A stretch of DNA of 64,000 bases from the NCBI GenBank assembly GCA_963847185.1, contig CAWJYV010000010.1:32001-96000 (forward strand). The letters run 5' to 3'. The position numbers were made by a program, and so were the translations under genes. How positions within the stretch are numbered: position 1 is the first letter of the stretch; every line of letters begins with the position of its first letter. This document shows, piece after piece, positions 33,624 through 45,384 of this stretch. Source of the DNA: an uncultured Methanosarcinaceae archaeon. GTDB lineage: Archaea; Halobacteriota; Methanosarcinia; Methanosarcinales; Methanosarcinaceae. The notes under the pieces are model-generated. The model was not told the DNA's origin and searched no databases. It saw only the letters and a list, made by a program, of their open reading frames with translations.

Positions 33624-34403
33624 ATGACTTACGATATCAAAATATCCGTAATTACAGTTTGTCTTAACAGTGAAAATCTAATTCAAAAAACAATTAAAAG
33701 CGTAGTTAGTCAGACTTATCCAAATGTTGAGTATATTATTATCGATGGAAAATCTACAGATAATACCGCAAACATTGTCATGAAATATAAATCACACATA
33801 AATATTTTCGTTTCAGAAAAGGATAACGGAGTTTATGATGCTATGAACAAGGGAGCTCATCTTGCTACTGGAGATATGATATATTTTTTAAATAGTGGGG
33901 ACTATCTATATGATGACAAAGTTTTGGAAAAAATCGTAGCTGAAGCAGAAAAACATAACCTTTGTGAGATATTCTATGGAGACATTTTGTATTACAACAG
34001 CAGTGGCTCAAAATATTACTTAGGACCAATGAATAGTATTGCAGAGATAATATCAAGAGGTATAAACCATCAGTCAATATTCACCAGAAAAAGTGCTTTT
34101 GAGAAATGTGGGTATTTTGATACGAAGTATAAAATTTTTGCAGATTATGACTGGTTACTTAGATGTTTAACTAAATATCATACGAAAATAAACAAAGTTG
34201 AAATTCCAATTTCTTACTATTTAAGAGGCGGATTAAGTGATAACCACTGTGACGAATATATACATGAAAAATACGAAATTATTACTAAATACACAAGATT
34301 AAATCAGCTCATTAAGTATTCACAGGCACATCCAGTTGGTTTTGCTCGTTATATAAAATATAGATTCTGCAAAACTATCGCTACTAACCATATTAAGTTT
34401 TAA
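33624..34403 (+). CDS. Glycosyltransferase family 2 (WcaE-like)
   Basis: IDGKSTD, SEKDNGVYDAMNKG, FLNSGD, ADYD. Confidence 0.9.
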   Translation: MTYDIKISVITVCLNSENLIQKTIKSVVSQTYPNVEYIIIDGKSTDNTANIVMKYKSHINIFVSEKDNGVYDAMNKGAHLATGDMIYFLNSGDYLYDDKVLEKIVAEAEKHNLCEIFYGDILYYNSSGSKYYLGPMNSIAEIISRGINHQSIFTRKSAFEKCGYFDTKYKIFADYDWLLRCLTKYHTKINKVEIPISYYLRGGLSDNHCDEYIHEKYEIITKYTRLNQLIKYSQAHPVGFARYIKYRFCKTIATNHIKF

Positions 34404-34443
34404 CTTATAAGATACAAAAAGTCGAAAGACTATAATATTTGAT

Positions 34444-35532
34444 TTAATCCTTACTTACTTTATTATAAACGTTGATTATTATATTTGATATCGGTTCCCA
34501 AGATAAATCTCGCTTTAATTTCTTATGTGCATTAATACCCATTTTTGATCTTATATCATAATTTTTTAACAAGTAAATAATAGCTCTCGATAAAGCCTCC
34601 TCATCTCGTGGAGGGACAATAAGTCCTGTAACACCATGGTCTACAATTTCTGGAATACTACCGACATCAGTTGCGACTACTGGTTTACAAAATCCGTAAG
34701 CTGTAGGGATAACACCACTTTGGGAGGCCTCTACATATGGTAAAACAACAAGACTACAAATTTTAAATAATTTTGCGCCCTCTTCGTATGAAATTCGATA
34801 ATTATATATAATGAACTTATCTCTATTGACCATCATATTTTGATATTTTTCTAAATCATCTCCTTTTCCTGCAATAATAATTTTAACGTTAGGTATCTCT
34901 TTTACAATTAAAGGCTCTGCTTTTATTAAATATTCCAAACCCTTATATTTTTTAATTCTACCAAAAAATAAAATTGTATTCTCTTCTTCTTTATAATTTT
35001 TATCATATTTCTTGAATGGAGTAACTTCATGTTCACCGATAGGAATAACACTGATTCTATTGTCTATAATATTATATTCCTTAATTAATGACTCCTTCAA
35101 CTTAGTACCATGAACAAATATATGTTTTGAATAGCATTTTGCACATTTCATCACAAAAGGATGCAAAAAATATTCTTCTCCTAAATGCCTATTTACGTCA
35201 TGAAGTGTAGTTACCATTTTAAAATTTAGTACCTTACTGAATAGATATATTATAAAAAAAATAAAACCTGCTCCTTGAACATGAACTATGTTTGGTCGGA
35301 AATCTTTAATACTCTTCAACATCTCATAGATAATTGAAATCGAGTTAATAACTGGATTAGAGGATTTATAACAAAATAATTTTAGGTATATTTTTTTATC
35401 TATGTTTTCTAAACTGTCAATATTTGCCCATTCAGGCAGGATCAACATGACTCTTTGACTATTAGATAATGAGTTAGCCAACTGAATAATATAATCTTGA
35501 AAACCTCCTAACGTTACACACATAACCTTCAT
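34444..35532 (-). CDS. Glycosyltransferase family 4
   Basis: FFGRIKKYKGL; LPYVEASQSGV; KPVVATDVG. Confidence 0.9.
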   Translation of the reverse strand: MKVMCVTLGGFQDYIIQLANSLSNSQRVMLILPEWANIDSLENIDKKIYLKLFCYKSSNPVINSISIIYEMLKSIKDFRPNIVHVQGAGFIFFIIYLFSKVLNFKMVTTLHDVNRHLGEEYFLHPFVMKCAKCYSKHIFVHGTKLKESLIKEYNIIDNRISVIPIGEHEVTPFKKYDKNYKEEENTILFFGRIKKYKGLEYLIKAEPLIVKEIPNVKIIIAGKGDDLEKYQNMMVNRDKFIIYNYRISYEEGAKLFKICSLVVLPYVEASQSGVIPTAYGFCKPVVATDVGSIPEIVDHGVTGLIVPPRDEEALSRAIIYLLKNYDIRSKMGINAHKKLKRDLSWEPISNIIINVYNKVSKD

Positions 35533-35715
35533 ATAAACTCCTCTGATCCGTATTCTAATGAAATTTATTTCCTTTCAAAAGTAAGTTTGGTATTATCTTT
35601 GAAAAGAAGTTAATTAAAAATACTGCTTGAACAATTATTCTTTTTTCTCCAGTATTTGTTTAAATCTTTGTAAAAGAATGTAAAATATAAGACGTCAATA
35701 TTTTGCAATCGAAAC

Positions 35716-36957
35716 TTAATCCTTGAATTTTTCAATTTCAATGATCTTACGATAAGCTTTCGCAATTTCTTCCCCATACTTATCCCAAGTAAAAACTGAA
35801 ATTCTCTCTTTTGCAGATTCTCCCATTCTAATTCTGAGCTCATTGTTCTTGTATAATAACAATATCTTATTCTTTAATTCATCTACATCTTCAATAGGTA
35901 TTACAAATCCATCAATACCGTCTCTAACTTGAGACCCACTATTTTTTGTTACGATAGAAGGAAGTCCACAAGACATAGCTTCATAAGTAGCAAGTGAAGA
36001 TCCCTCTGACAAAGAAGGAAAAACAAATACTGAAGAATTACTGTAATACTTATATAATTCATGGTTAGGCACATATGGAATATGTTTATACATTCCTTCA
36101 TATCGACTCACTACCGGCTGTAAAGAATAATCTATTTTCCCAATTAAAAGTAATTCTGTATTTTCTATTTTATTATCGGATATTAATTGATAGTAAGCTT
36201 CTAATAGAAAGTTAATCCCTTTACTTAATGAGAGAAGTCCCACATATATTATGCGAAAAACTTGATCATTTTTAGGAATAGGCTTAAATTTATTTTCATC
36301 AACTCCATATGGGATAATAAATATTTTATTAGGATTTCCTCCGTTTTCTATAAAGTTCTTATACACATATTCAGAAGGAACAAAGATGTAATCTGCAAAC
36401 GTGTATTCTTGGAGTGTTTTCTTCATTCTCGGTTCATCTGGCAATAAACAGTTACTATTATATTTAGAATATGCACTTTTCAACAAATTTTTTCGATGGA
36501 GTGGATGAGAGGCACCTTGGTCTATGATGACAATTGCACCTTTTTTCTTTGCTAATCTTGAAGTCCAATAAGCATAAGTACTACAAACATGGAAAATATC
36601 ACATTTTTTTATATACACTAAAGATATTAGTTCGAAAAGATAATTGCACATACAATCGATTTTTTTCCCAAAGATAACTGGCAATTTTGAAGAAAATATA
36701 CTTAATACTTCTGGACTGAAGATAGACACTATATACTTGTCATCTAGTTTATCGCTACATCTTAAACAAACTAAACTTTCTAATCTGGAGATATATTTAA
36801 ACTTTAAAGATTTTAATTTTGGGTACTGAACGATTTTTTTTGAGAACTTTTTGAAATACATTGTAGTAATAAACATATATAAATAGCCAGCTTTTTGAGC
36901 TCCAAGAGCTGTGTTGTAGTAGTGACCTTTTTTTCCAGATAACAAAATCACTCTCAT
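35716..36957 (-). CDS. Glycosyltransferase family 4
   Basis: PYGVD; KGINFLLEA; FPSLSEGSSLATYEAMSCGLP. Confidence 0.9.
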   Translation of the reverse strand: MRVILLSGKKGHYYNTALGAQKAGYLYMFITTMYFKKFSKKIVQYPKLKSLKFKYISRLESLVCLRCSDKLDDKYIVSIFSPEVLSIFSSKLPVIFGKKIDCMCNYLFELISLVYIKKCDIFHVCSTYAYWTSRLAKKKGAIVIIDQGASHPLHRKNLLKSAYSKYNSNCLLPDEPRMKKTLQEYTFADYIFVPSEYVYKNFIENGGNPNKIFIIPYGVDENKFKPIPKNDQVFRIIYVGLLSLSKGINFLLEAYYQLISDNKIENTELLLIGKIDYSLQPVVSRYEGMYKHIPYVPNHELYKYYSNSSVFVFPSLSEGSSLATYEAMSCGLPSIVTKNSGSQVRDGIDGFVIPIEDVDELKNKILLLYKNNELRIRMGESAKERISVFTWDKYGEEIAKAYRKIIEIEKFKD

Positions 36958-37040
36958 TATATTCCTCTAAACGATATCAAATTCAAATAAATTAGGCTTT
37001 GAATAACACGACACAATTGAAAGTTTACAAACTAGTTAAA

Positions 37041-38645
37041 TCAGCTAGGGGAGTACTTGTAAGATATAAATTTATTATCTCCAGATACTTCTGTCAAATC
37101 TTTGTGCAAAATGTTGTACTTTTCCTTTACAGGGACATCTATATTCCATCGACTGAAATCTACAGACTCATTGTCTCTAAATGGTTCTGTATTCCCTATG
37201 ATAGAATGAGGGAGTTTCAATAATGAAGTTATGACAAGAATTACTAAAAAAAGTGATATAAATGTTTTAAACAGTATTTTTAATTTTATGTCAGTTGATC
37301 TCATAATACGAATTAGACCGAAAGATAGTATAATAGAAAATGGGAACGCAAAGAAATTATATAGCCTATCTGGATTTAATTCAAAGCCTTTTACAGAGAT
37401 TAATAGCATGAATAAAATAAGAACTACTGCCCATCCTATTATAAATAAGTCAGATGATTTTTTCCTGTATTTGACTACTTCTTTTACGTAGACAAGAAAT
37501 GACCCAATGAATAAGACCCTAGTAAACCAAGTAGACCAAAAAACAAGCGGCCCGTATAAATATGCTTTCAAGCCCCCAGTTTTTGATTGGTGAATTACTG
37601 TACCATTAGTAGCAACTATATCACTCGAAAAAGATTCTTTTAAAAGAGACATAGAAAATTCAAATATGTTCCCGAAAAAATGACCTATATATATCATATA
37701 AGATATAAATAAAATAAAACACAAAAATATAAGCGACATTGAAATATCCATGTCATTCACCCAGTTAATCTTCTTTGATATAAAATAAGATAAATAAATT
37801 ATTAGTAGAGTGATAAAAAACGTTATGCAAGTTACAAAATGAAAAATTGTTATTGAAGCAACTAGAATTAGGATTATAATTTTTAGAATTATACGATTAA
37901 AATTTTTAGTTTGATATTTATAATCACTGAAGCTTTTTTTGATAGCTATATTGTTATCATTTAGTTTCTTAGATTTATTATCAAGTACTATCAGCAGTAG
38001 AGTTGTCATATAAATGACTATTGCTAAACTTTGAGTTCTATACTCAAATCCAAACTTAAATACAGTAAATTCCCATCCACTAATAAAAACTGCTATCAAA
38101 GACAATTTGGGATCGAAAAAATTCCTAATGAACATATATAAGTAAAAAAATACCAACATATTAATAGCTGGGTGAAGATATGTAGCTAATGTATAGAGAT
38201 CTATTCCAGTAACAGTTGTTAAAGCAGTGTAAAAGATATATAATCCTGGAAAACCATATGATACAGAACCGATTTTTGCAAAATTTATGAAAGAATTATC
38301 TGATAAAAAATAATTTGTTGCTCGTAAGGTAGAAGGTGCATCTGTTCCTATCGGATAGTTAAATTTTAATGCAAATATATAATGGTTAAATAAAATAGTC
38401 AACATAATAAGGGAGAATAAGTACATTTCATCTTTCGGTTTAAAATAATTCTCATCCCAAATTAGTAGATAGATTATAGGTGAAGCCAATAAAAGTATTC
38501 CAGGAATAAATACGTTAAACTCTGTACTAAATTTTAGGGGGAGAATTGAAAATAACAATCCAACAATAATAATTAATAGAGATATTAGCTTTTTTTCATA
38601 CTTGATGCAAAAGTCATTATTCATAGTAATACCATACTCATTCAT
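37041..38645 (-). CDS. Polytopic membrane protein, candidate Wzy-like polymerase or GT-C enzyme
   Basis: More than 10 hydrophobic segments, a PIGTD loop, located inside a GT operon; function is inference. Confidence 0.6.
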   Translation of the reverse strand: MNEYGITMNNDFCIKYEKKLISLLIIIVGLLFSILPLKFSTEFNVFIPGILLLASPIIYLLIWDENYFKPKDEMYLFSLIMLTILFNHYIFALKFNYPIGTDAPSTLRATNYFLSDNSFINFAKIGSVSYGFPGLYIFYTALTTVTGIDLYTLATYLHPAINMLVFFYLYMFIRNFFDPKLSLIAVFISGWEFTVFKFGFEYRTQSLAIVIYMTTLLLIVLDNKSKKLNDNNIAIKKSFSDYKYQTKNFNRIILKIIILILVASITIFHFVTCITFFITLLIIYLSYFISKKINWVNDMDISMSLIFLCFILFISYMIYIGHFFGNIFEFSMSLLKESFSSDIVATNGTVIHQSKTGGLKAYLYGPLVFWSTWFTRVLFIGSFLVYVKEVVKYRKKSSDLFIIGWAVVLILFMLLISVKGFELNPDRLYNFFAFPFSIILSFGLIRIMRSTDIKLKILFKTFISLFLVILVITSLLKLPHSIIGNTEPFRDNESVDFSRWNIDVPVKEKYNILHKDLTEVSGDNKFISYKYSPS

Positions 38646-38666
38646 TTTATCAGATTAAATATTGAA

Positions 38667-39836
38667 TTAATGGAAACCATTCATCAAAGAGTTAATTGCA
38701 TCTGAAAATGCTTTCGAAGAATTCTCTACTGTTATATCTCTTATTATATTCTCAGAGAAAATACCCATATTATTCATTAAAGCAGGATCCATGAATATTT
38801 TATTTATTGAGTCATATAATTGTATTTCATTTTTCGGCTCGACAATAAACCCATTGATCTCATTTTTTATTAAATCAACGGAAGCTCCAACTGCGTTTGT
38901 GCTAATAACAGGCAATCCACAAGCCATTGCTTCATTAAGAACTAAACCCCATACTTCTTCAGAAGAAGGTAATACAAAAATATCAGCTACGGCATAAAAA
39001 CATGGAAGAGCATCTTTTTGAACAAAATCAAAAATATGTACATTATTAATATTATTAATTTTAGTCCACTCGATTAGTTCTGACTTTTCGTTACCATTAC
39101 CAACTATGACTAAACCTACATCGTAAATTCTATTTAATTTTTTGTGAGCTTCCAATAAATATTTAATTCCTTTCCGTTCAATTAGCTGCCCTACATACAA
39201 AACGACAAATTTATAATTCAGTCCAAACTTTTCTTTCAAATCATTTTTATTTAATTTTAAATCTAAAATTGCATTTTTAAAAAAGTTAGTATCTACTGAG
39301 TTAAAAGAAATAAACACTTTTTCTTCAGATGCTCCAAGTTTCACTAGATATTTTTTTGCATTCGTACCATAAGCAATAAATAAATCTGAACGTTTAACTA
39401 CATATTTAACAAATGGCAGAGAAATAATTCTCAACAAACTATGTTCGTTTTCAGTACTTCCGGACCATAATATGAATGGAATATTTAATGATTTGGCAAC
39501 AAAAAAAGCAATTTGATTTGTAAATGAACTATAACCTGCTGAAATAATAACATCAAATTTACCATTATATAACTCTCTAATAATTGTTGGATTAATATGA
39601 TAAAAAGTTTCTTTACCCAAGTTTAAAGTAACTTTGGGAAGGATTTTGTAATTAAATGAAAAATTATGATTCACAATCCATTCTCTATTTTTTTCAGATT
39701 CTGAAGTGAAATAAACAAATAACTCAATATTCGGATTTCGAGCTAATTCTTCGAATAACGGAATCCTATAAGGTGCAATTATGTTATGTATCAATGCAAC
39801 TTTGATAACTTTCGGGTAAAATTTATTTTCGATCAT
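38667..39836 (-). CDS. Glycosyltransferase family 4
   Basis: APYRIPLF; VGQLIERKG; EVWGLVLNEAMACGLP. Confidence 0.9.
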   Translation of the reverse strand: MIENKFYPKVIKVALIHNIIAPYRIPLFEELARNPNIELFVYFTSESEKNREWIVNHNFSFNYKILPKVTLNLGKETFYHINPTIIRELYNGKFDVIISAGYSSFTNQIAFFVAKSLNIPFILWSGSTENEHSLLRIISLPFVKYVVKRSDLFIAYGTNAKKYLVKLGASEEKVFISFNSVDTNFFKNAILDLKLNKNDLKEKFGLNYKFVVLYVGQLIERKGIKYLLEAHKKLNRIYDVGLVIVGNGNEKSELIEWTKINNINNVHIFDFVQKDALPCFYAVADIFVLPSSEEVWGLVLNEAMACGLPVISTNAVGASVDLIKNEINGFIVEPKNEIQLYDSINKIFMDPALMNNMGIFSENIIRDITVENSSKAFSDAINSLMNGFH

Positions 39837-40998
39837 CTAAAACCTCAAAATAACTGTCTTCTATTAGGTCAATAACCCGATTCAAAGTATAGGATTTTTT
39901 AATTATTTTTGTACAATTTTGCTCAAAAATTGAGCTGATTTCATTGTTCGTCAAAATTGTATATATAGCACTCTTCAATGAATCTTTATCAAATGGGACT
40001 ACAAATCCAACGTTACCCTCAATCCATCCAAGATTATCCCCTTTGGTTGTTGTAATAATGGGAGTACCACAAATACACGATTCAAGAAACGTAATAGGAA
40101 AACCTGAAAACCAAGGAGTTACAAAGACATCGGAGTCTACAAAAGCAGAAATTTTTTCAGGAATAGATACAAAACCAGTAAACAATACCTTATCATTAAT
40201 AGCTAATTTATCTATCAATCTTTCGAAGTGATTCTGATAACCGTCATTAGGGCCAATTAACACTAATGTTGCGTTATCTATTTCATTAGTGAGCTCTGCA
40301 AATGATTCAATAAGTAGATCAATTCCTTTACTTATATGTAAACGACCAACATACAGCACAATTTTTGAGTTTTCAAGCCCATATTTCTTTCTGAAAATTC
40401 CTTTGGGAGGTAACTCACAATACTTAGTTTCATCTATTCCATTAGGTACAATTTCAATTATATCTGGACTTACTCCAAAATCTAAATATTGAGCAACTTC
40501 AGTTTCATTAAGTGCATACAGTCTAGATGCATCTTTTAATATCTTTTTTCCAAAAAGTACGTCAAATATTGTTTTTAAATTCTTTCTTTTAATTATTTTA
40601 GGGGAAGATCCATGGGCCTGAAGTACATAAGGGACATTATTTTTTTTCGCAAAGTAATTGACAATAATAGCTGAAAATGTCCTGTATTCATGTATATGAA
40701 TAATATCAAATTCCTTTAACTCTTTGCTGGCGACTAATGGTAGATAATAAGGTATAGGAAGGACAAGATTTTTGGAGAGATAGCTAGATAAGTTCCTAAA
40801 ATAGTATGTTTTAACTCCATCAATATTTATAGGCTTATTTTTATCCACTTTCAATCTTGACTTGAACCCATCTGTAGTATAAACAGTTACTTCATGCCCT
40901 CTCTCCACTAAACTAAGAGAAATATCATAAGCGACTCTTGCTGGACCACCTGCTTCCCAAGAAGGTTTAAAGAAATTTGTAACTTGTAATATTCTCAT
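39823..40998 (-). CDS. Glycosyltransferase family 4
   Basis: AGGPARV; PNGID; VGRLHISKG; FPITFLESCICGTP. Confidence 0.9.
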   Translation of the reverse strand: MRILQVTNFFKPSWEAGGPARVAYDISLSLVERGHEVTVYTTDGFKSRLKVDKNKPINIDGVKTYYFRNLSSYLSKNLVLPIPYYLPLVASKELKEFDIIHIHEYRTFSAIIVNYFAKKNNVPYVLQAHGSSPKIIKRKNLKTIFDVLFGKKILKDASRLYALNETEVAQYLDFGVSPDIIEIVPNGIDETKYCELPPKGIFRKKYGLENSKIVLYVGRLHISKGIDLLIESFAELTNEIDNATLVLIGPNDGYQNHFERLIDKLAINDKVLFTGFVSIPEKISAFVDSDVFVTPWFSGFPITFLESCICGTPIITTTKGDNLGWIEGNVGFVVPFDKDSLKSAIYTILTNNEISSIFEQNCTKIIKKSYTLNRVIDLIEDSYFEVLDDRK

Positions 40999-42184
40999 GA
41001 AAGGGCCTCTAAATTTAGCTCAAACAAATTAACAATAGAGTTCCAAGTGTATTTGGTAACGAATTCAAATGACTTTGATCCTTGTTTTGATATTGAGTCT
41101 GGAGATTCTAAGAATTTATTCAGTTTGCACAAAGTATCTTCTGGTTTGTCAATATAGGTAATCCCATTATCCATTCCAAACTTCTTTTAGTATACCAGGA
41201 AGGTTCGTGGCTATTACAGGTTTTCCCATGGCCATATATTCATATATTTTAATAGGCACAATATTCATCATGATTTCATTTTTATAAGCTGGTAAAAGAC
41301 ATATATCAGCGGCAGCAATGTGTTTTGGAATTTCTTCGAATGGGATTTTTCCTGTTAGTATTAATTTACCATTTAGGTTTTTTTCAGATTTCATTTTGAG
41401 TAAAGAGTTTGTAGAGGTCTCCCTCGCCAACTATCATTAATTTGATGTTTTCATTGGTCAGTAGTAGAAAGGCTTTCTGCAACTTCTTTCATTCCAGAGA
41501 AGTCGTATATCCATCCCATGAAAAATAATAAGACATCATCTTTTTTAATCCCATATTTTTCCCTAATTGATGAACCGTCTACCTGGGGATTGAATTTTTC
41601 AAAATCTACACCTGCAGGTATTACAGATATTTTATTGATATTACCCCCCATCTCCACAGCATAGTCTTTTAGACCCTGGTTGATGACAAAAATCTTATCT
41701 GCGCCTTTAATTGTCTTTTTTTCAAATTGTTCTGCAGTTATTCTTGTAAATTTACTTGGAAGTAATGTGTGTAAATGGTCTATAAGATAATACACAAAAG
41801 GAATGTCGTATTCTTTCTAGCCTGCTGCATACCAAGATATGCATTAAGAATACCAAATGCTATTATTACATCTGGTTTAAACTCTCGAATTTGTCTTTTT
41901 ATCTCTTTTTCATGAAAATAAATAATAGATGCCATATCAAGAACTGGGACTTTGATCATCCCTGGTCTGATAAGAGTTATGTTAGCTTCCTTGAATATTT
42001 TATAAGCTCCTTTAATTTCCTTCCGACCAGTGATTATTTCTTTGTCTTTATCCTCTTTCCAGAGATACTCATAATCAATTACTCTTATTTGATGACCCCT
42101 CAATGCCATTCTATCCATTAGATGATGCTGTTGATGAGGCCCTCTTTTAATCCAATCGGTTTCCTGAAGCACTAAAATGTTCAT
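40995..42184 (-). pseudogene. GT4 glycosyltransferase broken by about 4 small indels
   Basis: ORFs 41780-42184, 41451-41795 and 41167-41430 plus a tail ending in TGA overlapping the next ATG; PIKIYEYMAMGKP. Confidence 0.8.
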
Positions 42185-42195
42185 TTAGCATCACA

Positions 42196-43180
42196 TCAGA
42201 ATTCGGCGCTTTCATCGATATTCTCCCAGTTTTCTTTAAACCAGCTGTGTACATTTTTTAGGCCATCTTCAAATTTCATCTGAGGTTTGTAGCCAAGTAC
42301 TCTATTCGCCTTGTCTACACAGGAAAGAAGCTTTGTTTTTACATCCCAATCCCTACGTTCTTTAAAAATGACTGCAGCTTTGTTATTTGTTAATTCGTTG
42401 ACAATCGTTGCCATTTCAATGACCTGATGATCGGTTCCTGAACCAAGGTTAAAAGCTTCACCTATAGCTTCTTCTTCTATTCCCATAGCAACGAGACCAT
42501 TGACAATATCACCTACATAAGTCCAGTCTCTTGTTTCTGTTCCTTCGCCTGTAATTGGAAGTGGAGCTCCTTTCATTGCCCAGTAGAAAAAGTTGGGAAT
42601 TACATTTCGGTATTTTCCAGGAACTTCTCCTGGTCCATATGAGTTAAAAAAGCGTGCATTTGCAATGGGCATATTGTAAAGATTATGGAAGTAATTCGTG
42701 TAAAGTTCACCAAGGAGTTTCGTTACCTGATAAGGCGTATGAAGACTGATTGAGATATCATGTTCTTCAAATGGCATTTTCGAATCAAGACCATATACTC
42801 CGCATCCAGATGAAGAATAAACAAAGCGTTTTACATCAACAAGTTGAGCATATTGAAGGACTTTGAGAATTCCAATGCCATTGATCATTAGATCTTTCTC
42901 AGGGTTATCAACAGAATTCTGGTTTGCAAAATGAGCAGCAAGATGGAAGACATAATCAGGCTTATCTTTGAAGGCACGCTTGAGTATTTCATCATTAAGA
43001 ATGCTCCCTTTAATAAAGAATATATTATCTGCCTTTGGTATGTTCCACTCATAAGAAGAGGAGAGATCATCTAATATGATAACTTTCTTTGCATTCATCT
43101 CAGAGAGTTTTTGGCAGAGATTCCCACCAATTGCACCAGCCCCGCCAGTAACCAGTATAGTTTTTCCTTCATAATCACTC
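42196..43180 (-). CDS. NAD-dependent epimerase/dehydratase (5' start unresolved)
   Basis: Frame extends upstream of the ORF-track ATG to [17 protein letters not shown]; YQVTK catalytic motif; no in-frame start codon, probable indel near 43180. Confidence 0.8.
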
Positions 43181-43196
43181 GGTATAGTTTCTCAAT

Positions 43197-44139
43197 TTAT
43201 TCACCTATCCTGTAATATTTTCTCATCCATTCTACTGTTCTGCGTATTCCTTCTTCTGGAGAAACTTTGGGATTATGGTTAAGATCTCTAACAGCTTTAG
43301 AACAATCAATTGTCTTTACTTTTGTTGTAAATGATTCTGCTCCCTCATAAGTAACGAGGGAATCTTCTACACCTATAGCTTTCAACACAAGGTCCGAATA
43401 TTCCTTAATGTCTTTCTCCCATTCAGGTCTTCCAGCTACATTGTAGGCTTCTCCAGGGATAAAGTTGTCAATAATATTTGCCCATGTACGACAGGAATCT
43501 TCAACAAAGTCAATTATACGTTTATGACCACTATACACTGTATATGGCTTATTGTGAAGAGCAAGATAGATAAATTTGGGAATAAAACCTCGATAAGGCG
43601 TATAATGTTCGTAGGGGCCGTAACAGTTTACAGGGCGAACTCTTACAGTTTCTGTTCCAAACATTTTTGCAGAATTCATACACATAAGCTCTCCAGCCCA
43701 TTTAGTGATGGCATAGTCATTCATTTGATAGGTATCTTTAATGGGATTGTTTACCATCACATCTTCTGTCATGACTCCATCATAGTCACCATACACTTCT
43801 GCACTGGAATAAAAAATCATGCGAAATTTGAGTTTTTCCTGAAGCCGAAGCATATTTTTGGTACCAATTACATTAGTCTGCCAGAGATTTTCATAGTAAT
43901 CTTCTCCATTCCATCGACCGTATTCAGCAGCTAAATGGTAGACATAATCAAAATTAGATTTTTCAAAAATTCTTTCAAGCTGTCTGTAATTCCTGACATC
44001 AGACTCTAATATAATTCTCACGTCTGGTATTATACAGATCAGCTGCAATTACTTCGTGACCTCTACTTTCTAATTCATTGACAAGATTTGTACCGATGAA
44101 ACCTGCTCCACCAGTAACTAATATTCTCTGTGCATCCAT
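43197..44139 (-). pseudogene. NAD-dependent epimerase/dehydratase with one frameshift
   Basis: ATG 44139 [16 protein letters not shown]; shifts near 44005 into SDVRNYRQ...YAITK. Confidence 0.82.
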
Positions 44140-44221
44140 AATTTATCCTCAGTACAGTTGAATAATATTTGCAAAGATAGTCGTGTGCACTCTTAGGGAA
44201 ACTTCAATAAGACACAGAAAT

Positions 44222-45368
44222 TCAAAAATAAATTATATAGCTTTTATAAACATTCGACCAGATAATGGGGGTTTTCAAATCTTCTTTAGAAAATTTTCCG
44301 CACACGTCTACAATTAATTTTGCTGCATTTCCATCACCGTAGGGATTAACCCAATATTTTTCCCTAACTGCATCTATAGCGTGATTGAGTATTGTCAGTG
44401 GATCCACACCTGCAAGGACATTTGACCCTACTTCAAGAGTTTCTGGACGTTCGGTATTATCTCTTAATGTAATGCAAGGCACTCCCAATATACAGGTTTC
44501 TTCCTGTAAACCTCCAGAATCTGTTAATACAAATTTAGCGTTCGCTTCCAACTGAAGAAATTCAAGGAACCCCTGTGGGGAGATAACATCAATACCTTCA
44601 AGAGAAAAACCGAATTTTTCAATCATTTTTTCAGTTCTGGGATGAATCGGAAAAACAATTGGAAGTGAAAAATAGTCTTTAATTAATTTCAATCCAGTAT
44701 ATAATTCCTTCCAACCTTTTTTTGACATCTACATTTTCAGCCCTGTGGAGTGTAACAAGAATATAATTTTTAGGGGATAAACTTAAATTACTCAATATAT
44801 CTACTTTATTTTTTGCAATTTCGATGTTCTGATATACTGCATCAACTACAGTATTTCCAGTCACAAAAATTTTTTCAGAATCAATTCCCTCTTTTATTAA
44901 TTGTCTACATGATGTCTCTGTTGGAGCAAAAAGATAATCAGAAATATGATCCGAAACAATACGATTAATTTCTTCTGGCATACTGCGGTCAAAACTCCTG
45001 AGACCAGCCTCAACGTGACCAACCTTAATATTTAATTTAGCTGCAGTAAGGCTTCCAGAAAGAACCGTATTCGTATCCCCCTGTACAAGAACGACATCAG
45101 GCTGCTTTTTAGAGAGAATATTTTCGATCCCCAGCATAATCTTACCAGTCTGAGAAGCATGCGTACCAGAGCCTGCATCTAAATTATAATTAGGTTGTGG
45201 GAGATTTAAAATATCGAAAAAAATTCGATCCATTTCATAAGAATAATGCTGACCAGTATGAAGTATAAAATAATCCAGATTTTGCTCCTCACATTCTGTA
45301 ATAACTGGAGACATTTTGATAATTTCAGGGCGGGTACCAAGAATAATGCAAATCATTGTCACTGACAC
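44222..45368 (-). pseudogene. wecB: UDP-N-acetylglucosamine 2-epimerase (non-hydrolysing), frameshift near 44700
   Basis: GTRPEIIK, HTGQH, QGDT, HVEAGLRS, PEE, TDSGGLQEE, TERPE. Confidence 0.88.
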
Positions 45369-45384
45369 CTTTGAAGTCTTTTCT